From: Eledone cirrhosa
Lineage: Eukaryota
DNA length: 64,000 nucleotides
Assembly: GCA_964016885.1 (NCBI GenBank)
Contig: OZ024761.1
Span: 18,662,001-18,726,000, forward strand
Reading direction: 5' to 3'
The position numbers and the translations under genes were made by a program. Positions 1 through 13,654 of this stretch are shown here, in pieces. Under the pieces are notes generated by a model. The model worked only from the letters and a program-made list of their open reading frames with translations, had not been told where the DNA came from and searched no databases. Each line of letters opens with the position of its first letter. Position 1 is the first letter of the stretch.

Positions 1-442
1 CATATATGTATATAAGTATATATATATATACATATATGTATATAAGTATATATATATATATACATATATGTATATAAGTATATATATATATAGATATATG
101 TATATAAGTATATATATATATATATACTTATATGTATATAAGTATATATATATATATACATATATGTATATAAGTATATATATATATATACATAGATGTA
201 TATAAGTATATATATATATACATATATGTATATAAATATATATATATATATATGTATATAAGTATATATATATATATATGTGTGTGTATAAATATATTGT
301 ATATATATGTGCATATAAATATATATATATATATATTAACAATCCTGTTGATACACAACCCTTAATAGATAGATAAGGATACATGAGATAGATAAAGAAA
401 TAGATTGATGGCTATGGATACATAAATAGAGAGGTAGATAGA

Positions 443-1025
443 TATATTTCTTTATTAGCCACAAGGGCGCACAAGAAAAGGGGACAATTACAGAGAGGTA
501 GATAGATATATTTCTTTATTAGCCACAGGGGCACAAAAGAAGGGGACAAATACAAAGGGGGAAGTTTACATACAATAAAAACGTGTAAAATGTTATCACA
601 GATGGAATTTAAAAGTTAGTCGATTTTCCCTAATAGAGGGAGACAGTTTATATGGGTAACACATACCCCCCAAAAAAAATGTGCAACCCTCATCTCCAGG
701 AGTACGAAGAGCTTGTACTCCTTTCCTCTCCTCCTCCTTTTCCTCAACCTACAGGCTGATATAGAGAGAAGGCCCATTCACTCGGGCCATTCTCGCCACT
801 TTCACCCACCTTTCATAAAACTTGCTGGGGTACAGCACCTCTCTCTCCATCCTGATTCTTCTTCCAAAGTGGTATTTGAAAAAAAAAATCAGTTGTTGGC
901 CGGAGAGAAAGGTGTCTGACCTCAGCCCTTTCAACCTTGTCCACCATACAACCTCTTTCGCCATAGCTATCACACAAAGGAAAACCGCCTCTCCTTCGTT
1001 TTTGAAGGAGGGTGGCGGTTTGATC
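443..1025 (-). mobile_element. LINE 3' fragment, Tx1/L1-like
   Basis: AVFLCVIAMAKEVVWWTRL...FYERW resembles a Tx1/L1 ORF2 end; tail gtggctaataaagaaat duplicated at 445 and 508, related tail at ~11600. Confidence 0.5.
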
Positions 1026-1595
1026 ATAGATAGATAGAGAGAGAGAGAGAAATGGAAAAGATAGATAGGAAAAGGATAAAGAAATAGATCGACATCTAAA
1101 TAGATATGGAGATAGATAAATAAATAGAGGGATAGATTAGACGACATTCAAACTCAGAACCTTAATAATGTCGCCCCCTTCTCACTTCCCCATCCACACA
1201 GCCCCTTTATGACTTCACATAGTAGTCATCGATAAATTTTCTAAAGAATGTTCTCTTCAATCACTGCACACATCTCACTTAACCCAGTTTCTACAAACAC
1301 ACGAGGTTCGGCTGGAAAGTTCATAAGTTCACTATGAAGGAATGATGCTAGGGCTGTGAAATCTTGCATGCATTAATTCCAACTCTTCTTATCAATAATA
1401 ACCGCATTGTTTCTATCCAGGGACTGTGTTGATAATTAAACCTCATTTGGTAATTCCATGAGAGTATCTTGGTCAGCTTATGTACTTTGTGTGTGTGTGT
1501 ATGTGTATGTGTACACACACACACAAATATATACATATATGTCAATACTGGAATTGAATAATCATGATTATAGCGGTATGTCATACATCAAATCA

Positions 1596-1653
1596 TATAT
1601 TTTGTCTGATGAAAACGTACTTAAACAACATGAAATATGTATAATAAAGTATA
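1596..1653 (+). ncRNA. Degenerate hammerhead motif
   Basis: tatattttgt-CTGATGA(1606)-weak stem II-GAAA-tatgta-TA-ataaagtata. Confidence 0.55.
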
Positions 1654-2067
1654 TATTTTGATTATGTGAATATTTTTCATATGTTAACATTTTGAATAAT
1701 ATATATAAATATATATATATAATATATATATATATATAAAGTGGATTTTGTCGATTTCGGATTTACAGAAACCTAGCGGGGATATTATAGATTATATGTG
1801 ATGTATATTATATGGTATATATTATGTATTGTGTATGATGTCGACGCAATGGTCCAGGTTAGTCAAAAATTTTTCCTGAGTTCAGTCTTTTTCATCGCTA
1901 TGGTCACTGCGGCCCGTCTATCGGTCGTTGTCTTCAATTTGCAAAGCTGTCTGAACGTAATGTTATAACTCTAGGGTTATATACCCTATTGAGTGCTCAG
2001 CTGCACACCCTGACTGCATTCGTTAGCTTGGCTGCAACCAGAGCTTTGTTGATGCTGTACTAAATTT

Positions 2068-2135
<68 letters not shown>

Positions 2136-4348
2136 CATACAAATAATTGTTTCTACTTTAGGCACAAGGCCAGCAATTACCAAGTACATTACTGGTACTT
2201 TATTTTATCGACCCCGTAAGGATGAAAGGCAATTTAACCTCGGCGGGATTTGAACTCAGACTGTAAAGGGACGTAACTATGCTGGAAAGCATGGCGTCCA
2301 ACCCTCTACCGATACTGCCAATTCACCGACATACAAATAATGAATCAAAACATATCAAATGTTTAGAATTTTGTGTTTCTCAATAAGCAGGCTCAATAGA
2401 CTATATCTAGAGCCTGATGGAGATGATGAAGGACCGTGACGAGTGGAGAGATGCTGTGCTGAATAAGACCCGTCCCACCCTTGCAAGCAGGGAAAAGCGG
2501 ACGTAAAATGATGATGATGATGATGATATACACTAGGGTAGGCTGAATAGGAAGGAGTGATGCTAGAGCTGTGAATTCTTGCATGCATTAATTTCAACTC
2601 TTCTTAATAATAATTGCATTGTTTCTATCCAGGGACTATGTTGAGAAATAAACCTTATTTGGTCATTCCATGAGAGTATTTTGGTTAGCTTATGAACTTT
2701 TCAGCCGACCCTCAAAAACCCGCATCTTCAAAAAGAAATTATCGAAATAGTTTGATTTTTAAAATAATTGTTTCTTGATTAATTGATTAATAACATTTAT
2801 TTATGTATTTATAAATAAAATGTTTTTCTTTTTTAATAATGATTTCTAGTATAGGCACAAGGCCAGCAATAATCCCAGTGTATTACTGGTACTTTATTTT
2901 ATCGACCCCGTAAGGATGAAATGTAAAGTTAACCTCGGCGGAATTTGAACTCAGACCATAAAGGGCCGTAACTCTATGCCGCAAAGCATGGCGTCAGACC
3001 GTCTACCGATACTGCCAATCCACTACCTTTTTTTCTTTTTTAATTATAAATCAGAGTCGATAGTGTAAAAATACGCACACATGTACACCAGGTCCGAACA
3101 CAGAGGAGCCGAACTCCCAGTGTCATCGCCTCCATCTCTCTCGCCCTCCACATCTCTCACTTGTGTTTCTACGTTTTGGTACAAGGTCAGCTATTTGAAG
3201 GGACGGGGCGGGGGGGGGAGTCGATTACACCGACCCTAATACGTTGCTGGTACTTTATAATGAATCTGCGACCCCTATTCCCCACGTAGCGACGTGCAGA
3301 GGTCTGGCGATACCCGGGGAAAATCTCGATTGTATGCCCCAAAGACTCAAGTATAAGGCCTAATATACTGGCAAAGGAAAACATTTTGAATATATAAACA
3401 CGGATGAAACATGAAATGCACGCTTTATTCGATTTTAATATAAATCAATCAAATTAAATTCTTTTCCCCAAAGGATGCCCGGGACCAACACACCGTCGCC
3501 GCCCCTCAGCACGTTACTCTCGCCACGTAAGTATCACAGGCAAAGCTAACCTAGGTGGGGTTTGAACTCAGAGCGTAGAACATCCTAGCTAAATATCACA
3601 AAGCATTTTATACGAGGCTCTACCGATACTGCAAATGCAATCACCCTTTATAATAATTACTTCATAGAGTTACGGCCCTTGCCATTCCGACTTCAAACCC
3701 CGCCGAGGTTAACTTTGCCTTTCATCCTCACGGCGTCCATAAAATAAAGTACCAGTAATACACTGGAATTTGCTGGCCTTGTGCCAAAAGTAGAAACAAT
3801 AATAATTACTTCTGATATTGTATTGACACAGGGCCAGCAATTTTTGCTTTTGTGACGAGGTGGATGGGGGTGGACCTCGATTATATTGATACCCCAGTGC
3901 ATGACTGGTATTTTAATCGATTTAGTTTTCCTTTTATTTAATTTTTAGCAAGTTTGATTTTTACTGAAGCTGAAAAGAAAATTACGTCGTGCGTTTAAGG
4001 GCGTGCCCACATATATATATATATTAGAAAGATCGAGTATCGAAAAATCGGCGCACGAGTTCACGATAAACGAGATTCGATAAGAGCGGCAGAGGGCTCA
4101 ATAATTCAGATGAATCAGAGCTATAACTATCGTTAAAATACCGTCACATATAGAACAAGTCTACAATCAACCATACGATTTAAAATCGATAGAGGAAGAT
4201 TCGGGACAAACAGATAAAAAATATCAATAAAACAATACGTCAATAATTTAAATGATTGGGCACGCCCTTAAACGCACGACGTAATTTTCTATATATATAT
4301 ATAAATAAATAACGCCTTTAAATGCACTACGAAATTATTATATATATA

Positions 4349-4545
4349 TAGGAACGAGTAGGACCCCGACGGCTGAGCTCAAGCCGTTTCGACAGCTAAT
4401 TCTGTCCAGAATTAGCCGTCGAAACGGCTTGAGCTCAGCCGTCGGGCTCCTACTCGTTCCTATTACCCACTCTACTACCCTAAGTATTCAGTACTTTGGT
4501 GCGTTATGGTCCACCTGGTTCCTTACCACATTTCCTTCGTTATAT
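4349..4545 (+). mobile_element. (TA)n-embedded hairpin element; copies ~7180-7280, 25270-25332, 46828-46992, 55553-55743, 57040-57200
   Basis: shared gaccccgacggctgagctc..ccgtttcgacagcta hairpin and tail taagtattgagtact..ggtgcgttatggtccacctgg. Confidence 0.7.
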
Positions 4546-4727
4546 ATACTTTAACTTTAATTATATCTCATAAAATAATACAACTGGTTTTTCCACATTA
4601 TACATATTGTTAGCACCCCAAACACTTAAATTGGGTTTATATTTTAATATAACCTAATGTTTGTTGAGTGAGATGGTTACCAGTCAGAGTTTAGCTTTAA
4701 ACTATCTCTATTATTGTATTAATTAAT

Positions 4728-4758
<31 letters not shown>

Positions 4759-5830
4759 ATACAGGTACACGTGTGTGTTGGTGTGCTTTTGAGTTTGTTG
4801 GGGTGTGCTTCTATATATGTGACTGTTTATATAAATATGCGGGCATGTGGATGTGTGTATATATCTATATATATATATGTGTGTGTGTGTGTGAGTATGT
4901 AAGGATATATATGAATGAGAAGAGGAGTGTTATATGTGTGTGTGTGTGTGTGTACACACATATATGTGTGTAAGTGTGTATATCTATATATGTATGTTGT
5001 CATTCGTCCAGTCGTAGCACGAGAAAGTTGGTCACTTAGAATTAACTCCTATCATTACTAGAAGACACCCAATGGTTGTGGCGGATAAAATTAATCTTAC
5101 TATCTATCTATCTCTCCTTTTTCTTTCCTTCACTGCCCTTCCCTTTTTGTCATTCTCTCTTACTACACGACAACTGAACTGGTAGTGGTGGCGACGGAGA
5201 GGAGATGGACTATAATTAATCTCTATCTCTATCTCCCTCTCTCTCTTTCCTTCATTATTTTTCACTTCTTGTCATTCTCTCTCTCTCTCTCTCTTTTTCT
5301 GTCTTTCCCTCATTGTTCTTCTCTCTCTCTTACTACAAGACAACAGCATTGGTAGAGAAGGCGGACAATAATTAATATCTCTCTCCTTTTCTTTCCTTTC
5401 ATTGTTCCTCTTCTTGTCGGCCCCCCACCCTTCTCTCTCTCCTAACTAAACACCTCTTTTTAAGAAAAAATAACAAAACATACAACAAACATCTCGGAAA
5501 AGCTATAGTTCAAAGAAGTTCATAAACTCAAAAAATCAATTTTGTTTCCATCTTATATAACATATACATACAACCTAGAGTGCGTGTGTTTAAAATACTG
5601 TACTGAAAACCTAATGACCACTGAATTCGTCTGAACAGAGTTTAAGATATAATTTCTATTCTAGATGAAGCAATAAGCTGGAACTTCGAAGTCACTGTCA
5701 CTTTCCTCTTCATATATATATATGTATATATATGCTTTGGTGACTCTTCTTTCGTGACTGTCACCTGTTGCAGAGAGAACAGAAGGGAAAAGAGAGAGAG
5801 AGATAGCAACAGAGACAGAGCCACACACAA

Positions 5831-6111
5831 ATGGAGACATCTCGTGCTGAGCACCAACAATATGTTGGTAGCAGGGCTGGTAAGGAAGTCGATCATGTAT
5901 GGCCACTGCCTGATTCAACAGCAATAAATGGGATTCTAATATCCAGCCTGTCCTTCGTATTTTTCCAAAGCATAGCTTTCGTCATAGCCCGATACTTAAA
6001 GAAGAACGCAGTACCTTCCTTATTAAACGACCCCACTCAACATTGGCGATGGAAAAATGTGTCTGTCTCTTTTATTCACGCAGTTATCGTGTCTGTTTGC
6101 TGTTTAATATG
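5831..6111 (+). CDS. TLC (TRAM-LAG1-CLN8) domain membrane protein, TLCD1/2-like, coding exon 1 of 5
   Basis: ATG at 5831; encodes ...WRWKNVSVSFIHAVIVSVCCLI, matching the TLCD W.W.N..VS..H motif; donor G|GTAAGT at 6111/6112, phase 2. Confidence 0.9.
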
Positions 6112-7009
6112 GTAAGTTACAACTGGAATAATTTTTGTTTTAATTGTTGTTATAATTATAAATATATTTAAAACTTTTTCTCCGGACCAATCACCTAGCT
6201 ATACCCTTACCCGTTGTTCACCTATAAACATCGTTTAAAACAAACCAAACTAATGATGTTACACGTTTTTTCTGATCGGGGTGTTTATATAACAACTCCA
6301 GCTTGTTTATCTATCTTTCAATCCACACCTCGTGTCTTCTGCAATGTTCTATAGATGTCGCGCACTTATTTGGTTACCCATTTATCTCTCTATGTATCTA
6401 TCTGTCTGTCTATGTACCAATCTATCTACCTACCTATCTATCTGTCCATTTATTTATATATCTATCTTTGTACCTATCTGCCTGTCCATCTACCTATCTA
6501 TCTATCTTTGTACCTATCTGTCTGTCTATCTACCTATCTGCCTGACTATCTACCTATCTATCTATATGTCTATATATTTATTTGTATCTATCTATATTTA
6601 ATTAATGAAAACAAAACAAAACCAAATCCCAAACTATCCAACTAAACATTTCTGCTAAATAAGTAAGCTTAAGAAACTTCGCTTAATCCTGATTTAAGAT
6701 TTATTCAGATATATCCATGCAATATTAAAGTTTTTTTTTTGTTCAACTATACATACACATATATATGCAAATTGAAGGATGAGTATTTTAAACTTTATTT
6801 TATTCTGAGTTAAGGCTCTATTGATTTTTCCCTGGATTTCACCAAATTCTGTGGATGAATCTATATCCTGATTCTTTTTGAATTGAGTTTCCCACATCTT
6901 ACGTTAACTATTTTTCCATTTTGACGCTATAGTCACTTATATATTATGGAATACTGTTGGCTTCTTGCTACAATAATTTCTATACTTTTCATTTATGTTT
7001 GCATGTATG

Positions 7010-7046
<37 letters not shown>

Positions 7047-7294
7047 TAGATTATATTGGAGTTTACCAATATATGTCCTGGTAAAGATTATAGAAGCTCA
7101 ATGCTAATCAGTATCCTTGATAGAAAGATAAACAGATAAGGATTTTAGCAGTTTTAAACTAGTAAAACCATTTCAGCAGAGTACTCGGTACTTGGAATAG
7201 TAGAGTGTAACTATATTAAAGGGAGTTGGGAATTAGCTGTCGAAACGGTAGGAGCTCAGCCGTCGGGCCTCGACACCCTCTAATATATATATAT

Positions 7295-7388
7295 AATGTA
7301 TGAAAATGTATACACTTTGATGACTTGTACAGGCAATATTTATTAGAATGTTGTTGAAGTGTATATACATTTTTGGGACACCCTGTAT
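7295..7388. mobile_element. Tc1-like MITE remnant
   Basis: aaaatgtatacactt ... aagtgtatatacatttttgggacaccctgTA. Confidence 0.5.
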
Positions 7389-8213
7389 ATATATATATAT
7401 ATATATATATTTTACAAAGAAACACCCTTTCCGTTGTAGTGTGTAACGAAGTAATCCCTTTTACGGTTTAAAAAAAATGTTTTTTTTTCTGATTAATTTT
7501 CATTCATTTAATTCTTATATAATTCATCATTATTATTATTATTTCCCACCTATTCTTGAGATTATCGTGGGGTAAAGACTCCCTCCTCAGTGAATATATG
7601 TAAATCATATTCATTATATAAATTATTCCAGTTATTTCATATATAAATAAAACAATGCTTCTTAATTTAGTTCGCGCTTCTTTTTAAATATATATTTATA
7701 ATAATTGTTTCTACTTTTGGCACAAGGCTAGCAATTTTTTCAGTGCATTACTGGTACTTTATTTTATCGACCCCGTAAGGATGAAAGGCAAAGCTAACCT
7801 CGGCGGGATTTGAACTCTGACCATAATAATAATGAAAATATTGTGTACAGTGCTCAGGTGCACTACAACTCATCAAAAGTGTATGTATAGTACATAGGGT
7901 AATGTGCATCTGAATTACATATATGTCAAATGTGTTTGTAGTTCTCTCTCTGTAGAGTTAATACAATCTTTATTTTATTTACTTACTTGAAAATAAAAAT
8001 GTTTGGTTTGATTTAAAAATGTATATCTTAGTGAAATTTCCCATCAGCCTCATCTTGTCCAAACAAGAGAACTCGCGTCTTTGCCTTCTTTTCGCTCTCT
8101 TTCTAACTTGAATCTTGCTATCTTATTTAGTAACTAAACATTCCATTGCTGTTATTGCCTATACTTTCTCTGTATCTCTTTCTCTCCTCTCTCTCTATCT
8201 CTCCCTTTTTTTT

Positions 8214-8954
8214 TCTGATCTCTCTCTAGCTCTTTCTCTCCCTGTCTTTCCTGATCTCTCTCTAGCTCTTTCTCTCCCTGTCTTTCCTGATCTCTCTCTA
8301 GCTCTTTCTCTCCCTGTCTTTCCTGATCTCTCTCTAGCTCTTTCTCTCCCTGTCTTTCCTGATCTCTCTCTAGCTCTTTCTCTCCCTGTCTTTCCTGATC
8401 TCTCTCTAGCTCTTTCTCTCCCTGTCTTTCCTGATCTCTCTCTAGCTCTTTCTCTCCCTGTCTTTCCTGATCTCTCTCTAGCTCTTTCTCTCCCTGTCTT
8501 TCCTGATCTCTCTCTAGCTCTTTCTCTCCCTCTCTTTCCTGATCTCTCTCTAGCTCTTTCTCTCCCTGTCTTTCCTGATCTCTCTCTAGCTCTTTCTCTC
8601 CCTGTCTTTCCTGATCTCTCTCTAGCTCTTTCTCTCCCTCTCTTTCCTGATCTCTCTCTAGCTCTTTCTCTCCCTGTCTTTCCTGATCTCTCTCTAGCTC
8701 TTTCTCTCCCTGTCTTTCCTGATCTCTCTCTAGCTCTTTCTCTCCCTCTCTTTCCTGATCTCTCTCTAGCTCTTTCTCTCCCTCTCTTTCCTGATCTCTC
8801 TCTAGCTCTTTCTCTCCCTGTCTTTCCTGATCTCTCTCTAGCTCTTTCTCTCCCTGTCTTTCCTGATCTCTCTCTAGCTCTTTCTCTCCCTCTCTTTCCT
8901 GATCTCTCTCTAGCTCTTTCTCTCCCTGTCTTTCCTGATCTCTCTCTAGCTCTT

Positions 8955-8965
<11 letters not shown>
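8214..8965. repeat. 36-bp CT-rich minisatellite, ~21 copies (TLCD intron 1)
   Basis: unit cctgatctctctctagctctttctctccctgtcttt; source of the 392-aa PDLSLALSLPVF pseudo-ORF. Confidence 0.95.
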
Positions 8966-8985
<20 letters not shown>

Positions 8986-9037
8986 CTCCCTTTTTTCTCA
9001 CTATGTCTCTCTCTTTCTTTTCTCTCTCTGTCTCTCT

Positions 9038-9068
<31 letters not shown>

Positions 9069-9615
9069 TCTCTCTCTGTATATATCTCTATCTCTCCCTC
9101 TCCCCTAATGTCTACGCTACGCCCTTTTCTCTTATTCGTCTCCCTCATTACTCCGCCTCTCCCCCATCAATCGTCTTTCTATTTTCCCATTCTATATAAT
9201 ATAATAATAATTGTTTCTATTTTTGGCACAAGGCCAGCAATTAACCAGTACATTACTGGTAATTTATTTATTTTATCGACCCCGGAAGGATAAAAGGCAA
9301 AGTTGACCTCGGCGGTATATAATATAATAATAATAATAATAATGGTTTATTTATTTATTGTTTGTTTATTTATTTATTTATTTATAATAATGAAATTATT
9401 GTGTACAGTGTTCAGGTGCACTACAACTTCTTAAGTCAACGAATTCTAACTAGTCTTTAAAACATAAAACATCGTTCTTTCACAATAAATAGAACATGAA
9501 GAGTTGCCAAAAAACAAACAAAAACAAAACCAGCGCTCAATTGATAGGTCACAAAGTTTACAATAAAAAGCTTTTCCGATTTTTATTGTATATGTATAAT
9601 GTATATATATATATG

Positions 9616-9661
<46 letters not shown>

Positions 9662-9790
9662 TGTAATAACATATATAGTTATGTAATAAACAACATAATT
9701 ATCTTATGTTGTTTATTACATAACTAAAAAGCACTGTAGCCTACATAGAGCACTCTTTTCCTTTACCTTTCCTACGGAAATACTTCATTT

Positions 9791-9862
<72 letters not shown>

Positions 9863-11789
9863 GGTATATATATTTATATAAACTTTTACACACACATACA
9901 CATTTATATATATTATATAACATCTCTCCAATATAGTTCAGTCAAATTGTAGATAATAAAACTTTATATAACAATAAATATTGATTATTTCGGTCGTAGT
10001 AGTTCTGTTGTATTTGTGCAAGTTATTAACTGAAGGAATAATATTCCTCCCAAGTAAAAAGTCCTCACTTCTACACACACACATTTCCACACACATACAC
10101 ACATTTTTTTTTCAAATATACTTTTTTTCAATGGTATCTATTGATCATGGCCATCTTATCAAAGTTTTTGATTAAAATATTTGATTATGACAATCACGGG
10201 TTTCCATTGATTATTTGATTAGGTCAATCTTATCAAATAATAATTAATTATTGTTAATAAAATTGTGTTATATATATTGGTAGTTATGAAACAAATGGTT
10301 GTGTTGTATCTGAAGCAACTCTTTATTTAAGAGTATGGAGTGGGCTGGGGTGGGGTTGTGCTGTGGTGGAAGTAGAGTTCAAAATGTCTACTCAATCAAT
10401 TCAATAAAAAAAATTCAATTGGGGTTATGTTCCAGTGTTGTCACGGTCTACTGACTACAACTAACCAACCAACCAAAACACTACATAACATACCTGCAAC
10501 CTGTATTAATAGAAATGTCCTATTTAAAATATTCTTATTCTTAGTATTTTAGCAGTCAGGGTGACTGGCTTTTTTGTGGGCTTTCTCCACAAGTGACCCT
10601 TGGAATTCTTATGGTTAATAAAGAAAACCTTCTTTTTCTTTTTCTTCTTCTTCTTTTTCTTCTTTTTATTCTTCTTCTTTTTATTTTTATTTTTCTTCTT
10701 TTTATTTTTCTTTGCAGTATAGAGTTACACCCCTTTACGGTCTGATTTCAAATCCCGCCGAGGTTAACGTTGCCTTTCATCCTCACGGGGTCGATAAAAT
10801 AAAGTACCAGTAATGCACTGGGGTCGATTTAATCGATTCTCCCCTCCCCAAAATTGCTGGCCTTGTGCCTATACTAGAAATCATTATTATTATACATTAG
10901 TATATTAAGGGCGGTGGATTGGCAGTATCGGTAGGGGGTTGGACGACATGCTTTGACGCATAGAGTTACGGCCCTTGCCATTCTGAGTTCAAATCCTGCC
11001 GAGGTTAACTTTGCCTTTCATCCTTATGGGGTCGATAAAATAAAGTACCAGTAATACACTGGGTAATTGCTGGCCTTGTGCCAAAAGTAGGTAGAAACAA
11101 TTATTATTATACGTTAGTGTGTGTCAGACAACCAGAATACACTTCTCCATGCTTTCCAGTTTATAAAGCAAATGCACTGAGTTCATTCATCAACTTTTTT
11201 TTTTTTTGTTCGTAAAGTCCTCTGTATCGGTAGAGCGTCTGATAATATGCTATAGACTTATGGTCTTTTACGCTCTAATCTCAAATCGTGCGAAGGTTAG
11301 CTTTGCCTTTCATCCTTACAGGGTCGATAAGATAAAGTACCAGTAATGTACTTGGGTCTATTTAATTGTTGGCCTTGTGCCTAAGCCAGGAACCATTATT
11401 ATTATTATTATTGTTTTTATTTTTATTTATTTATTTATTTTTTATTTTTTTTTATTTTTATATATATATATATATATGTTTCTATGTCTTTTTTTATTTT
11501 CTTATATAAATAATAAAAATCTTTACATGCACAAAACCCACATCGTACCGTCCTGTACTGTCCTGTGCCGTCTGTAATGTTTTTCTTGATGTCAGCCCTT
11601 GTGGCCAATAAAGAAATCATTTAACTTTGCCTTTCATCCTTCCGGGGTCGATAAAATAAAGTACCAGTAATGCACTGGGTAATTGCTGGCCTTGTGACTA
11701 AAGTAGAAACAATTATTATAATTATTGTTCTTTGAGACTCGGTCATTGATGTTATTTAACTGGGAAGTTTGTTGAAATGAATATCAAGC

Positions 11790-12231
11790 CGTTACCTGCA
11801 GCCTCAGATATTCAGGACGTATCAGAGGGTTCTTGCTGTTCCCAGCAAGCATGCCTTTTGAAGTGTTCCAAAAAGCGGGGCTGGACGAATCTTCTTTAAC
11901 CATCCTTGGAAACTCTTTGAGACAGTACCTAGTGCTCCTACGACAATCGGGACGACCTTGATTTCATGGCAGTTCCAAATCCTTTTTAATTCCTGCTTTA
12001 AATCCTGGTATCGGTTAATTTTCTCCTTTTCTTGCACTCTCGTGTCAAAGGAGCAGGCCACATCTACAATCAGGCACAATCTTTTTTCCTTGTCCAAAAC
12101 CACCAGGTCAGGCCTATTGTGTTCTAATTTCTTGTCCGTCTGTATACTAAAATCCCATAGGACCTTCACTTGATCGTTTTCTATCACCGACTCTGGCTTA
12201 TGATCATACCACTTCTCAGAATGTGGTAAAC
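11790..12231 (-). mobile_element. 3' fragment of an R4/Dong-like non-LTR retrotransposon (restriction-like endonuclease domain)
   Basis: VLWDFSIQTDKKLEHNRPDLVVLDKEKRLCLIVDVAC...KINRYQDL...VPIVVGALG (PD..D REL signature); abuts an (ATT)n tract. Confidence 0.8.
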
Positions 12232-12262
<31 letters not shown>

Positions 12263-12290
12263 GTTATTATTATTATTAAATATTTTCCAG

Positions 12291-12373
12291 CTTCTACCAA
12301 ACACCCAAACTAACAGCAGACATGATCTCAACGCACACTCCTCTGTCACATGGCACAGTGGCATTATCTGCAG
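12291..12373 (+). CDS. TLCD-like protein, exon 2 (CFYQTPKLTADMISTHTPLSHGTVALSAG)
   Basis: ttttccag acceptor and G|GTCAGT donor; 83 nt; phases 2/1 join exons 1 and 3 in frame; not in the ORF track. Confidence 0.88.
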
Positions 12374-12392
12374 GTCAGTATATATATATATA

Positions 12393-12725
12393 TGGCTTAG
12401 TGGTTAGAGCATTGGCCTTGCAATCGAAAGGTTGTGAGTTCAATTCTCAGACCGGGTGATGTGTTGTTTCCTTGAGCAAGACACTTTATTTCACATTGCT
12501 CCAGTTTACTCAGCTGTAGAAATGAGATGATAGGGACTGAGGTCCCTATCATTCCACTGTAAAGTGGTCATGGAGGTGCCATGGCAAAAAAACACCCAGC
12601 ACTCACTGTAAATGAAGTTGGTGTTAGGAAGGGCATCCAGCTGTAGAAATCAAGCCAGAATCAGTTCCCGTCCCACCCTTGCAAGCAGGGAAAAAGCGGA
12701 CGGAAAATGATGACGATGATGATGA
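12393..12725 (+). mobile_element. tRNA-derived SINE (family 2) with (ATG)n tail; copies 27118-27446(-), 31685-31850(+), 47458-47790(+)
   Basis: A box ggcttagtggttagagc, B box gagttcaattctc, tail cccttgcaagcagggaaaagcggacgtaaaatgatg. Confidence 0.85.
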
Positions 12726-12929
12726 TATATATGGAGATAATTGTTTCTACTTTAGGCACAAGGCCAGTACATTACTGGTACTTTATTTTATCGACCCCGT
12801 AAGGATGAAAGGCAAAGTTAACCTTGGCGGGATGTGAACTCAGACCATAAAGGGACGTAACTATGCTAGAAAGCATGGCGTCCAACCCTCTACCGATACT
12901 GCCAATTCACCGCCTTGTATATATATGGA

Positions 12930-13440
12930 GATAATAATAATAATGAAATTATTGTGTAAAGTGCTCAGGTGCACTACAACTCGTCAATATAGTACATAGA
13001 ATAATACATAAATGTCAGGGAAGTACATGTGTGTATGTGTTAGATATAGTGTTGGCGGATCTCGGGAAGCATGGAGGCCTTAAAGGATCCAGTGTCTCGA
13101 CAGCTAACAACTGATGCAGGTAGTTTGTTCCATGCTTCAGCAACTCTGAGCGTGAAAAAATGTTTCCGAAAGTCATGGGAACTGTGCTGTTTTCTTACTT
13201 TGTGGGCATGTCCACGTGTGTTAGACACATGGAAATCGAGAAGGTACTCAGGGTTGTTGTTGGCAACATGGTTAACAATTTTGTGGGTGTTTACCAAGTC
13301 AGTTGCCAGGCGTCGGAGCTTCAATGAATCCATGCCCAGGGAAGCAAGGCGCTCAGAGTATGGTAGATGCCTGATGGAGGGTATTCGCTTGGTTGCTCGT
13401 CTCTGAACAGTTTCCAGACGGTCAATGTCCTGAGCAAGAT
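12930..13440 (-). mobile_element. CR1-like LINE 3' fragment
   Basis: QDIDRLETVQRRATKRIP...LRRLATDL...TRGHAHKV...RKHFFTLRVAEAWNKLP, typical CR1 ORF2 end. Confidence 0.8.
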
Positions 13441-13654
13441 AATGCCAAGTAATAATAGTTTCAAGCTCAATGTGTTTATATCATCACAGATAGAAACACA
13501 AATTCAAAAAAGTGTTTAGATTATTTAAAGAATAGAATTCAGGGACATTTAATAGAGGGTGGTGGTGGTTGGGTTATGTGTGTGTGTGTACTCTAATTGA
13601 TATCACTCCACATTGCCCCATACACTTTCATTTGGTCTTTTATATTTAATGTAT

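Noticed and set aside
8115-9293. 392-aa ORF with PDLSLALSLPVF repeats
   Set aside because: Translation of a 36-bp intronic minisatellite; no ATG start or domain.
11822-12364. 180-aa ORF as a host gene
   Set aside because: Chimera of antisense TLCD exon 2, an (AAT)n tract and a LINE endonuclease fragment.
12393-12465. tRNA gene
   Set aside because: A and B boxes are present, but the sequence continues into a multi-copy SINE body with no acceptor stem closure.
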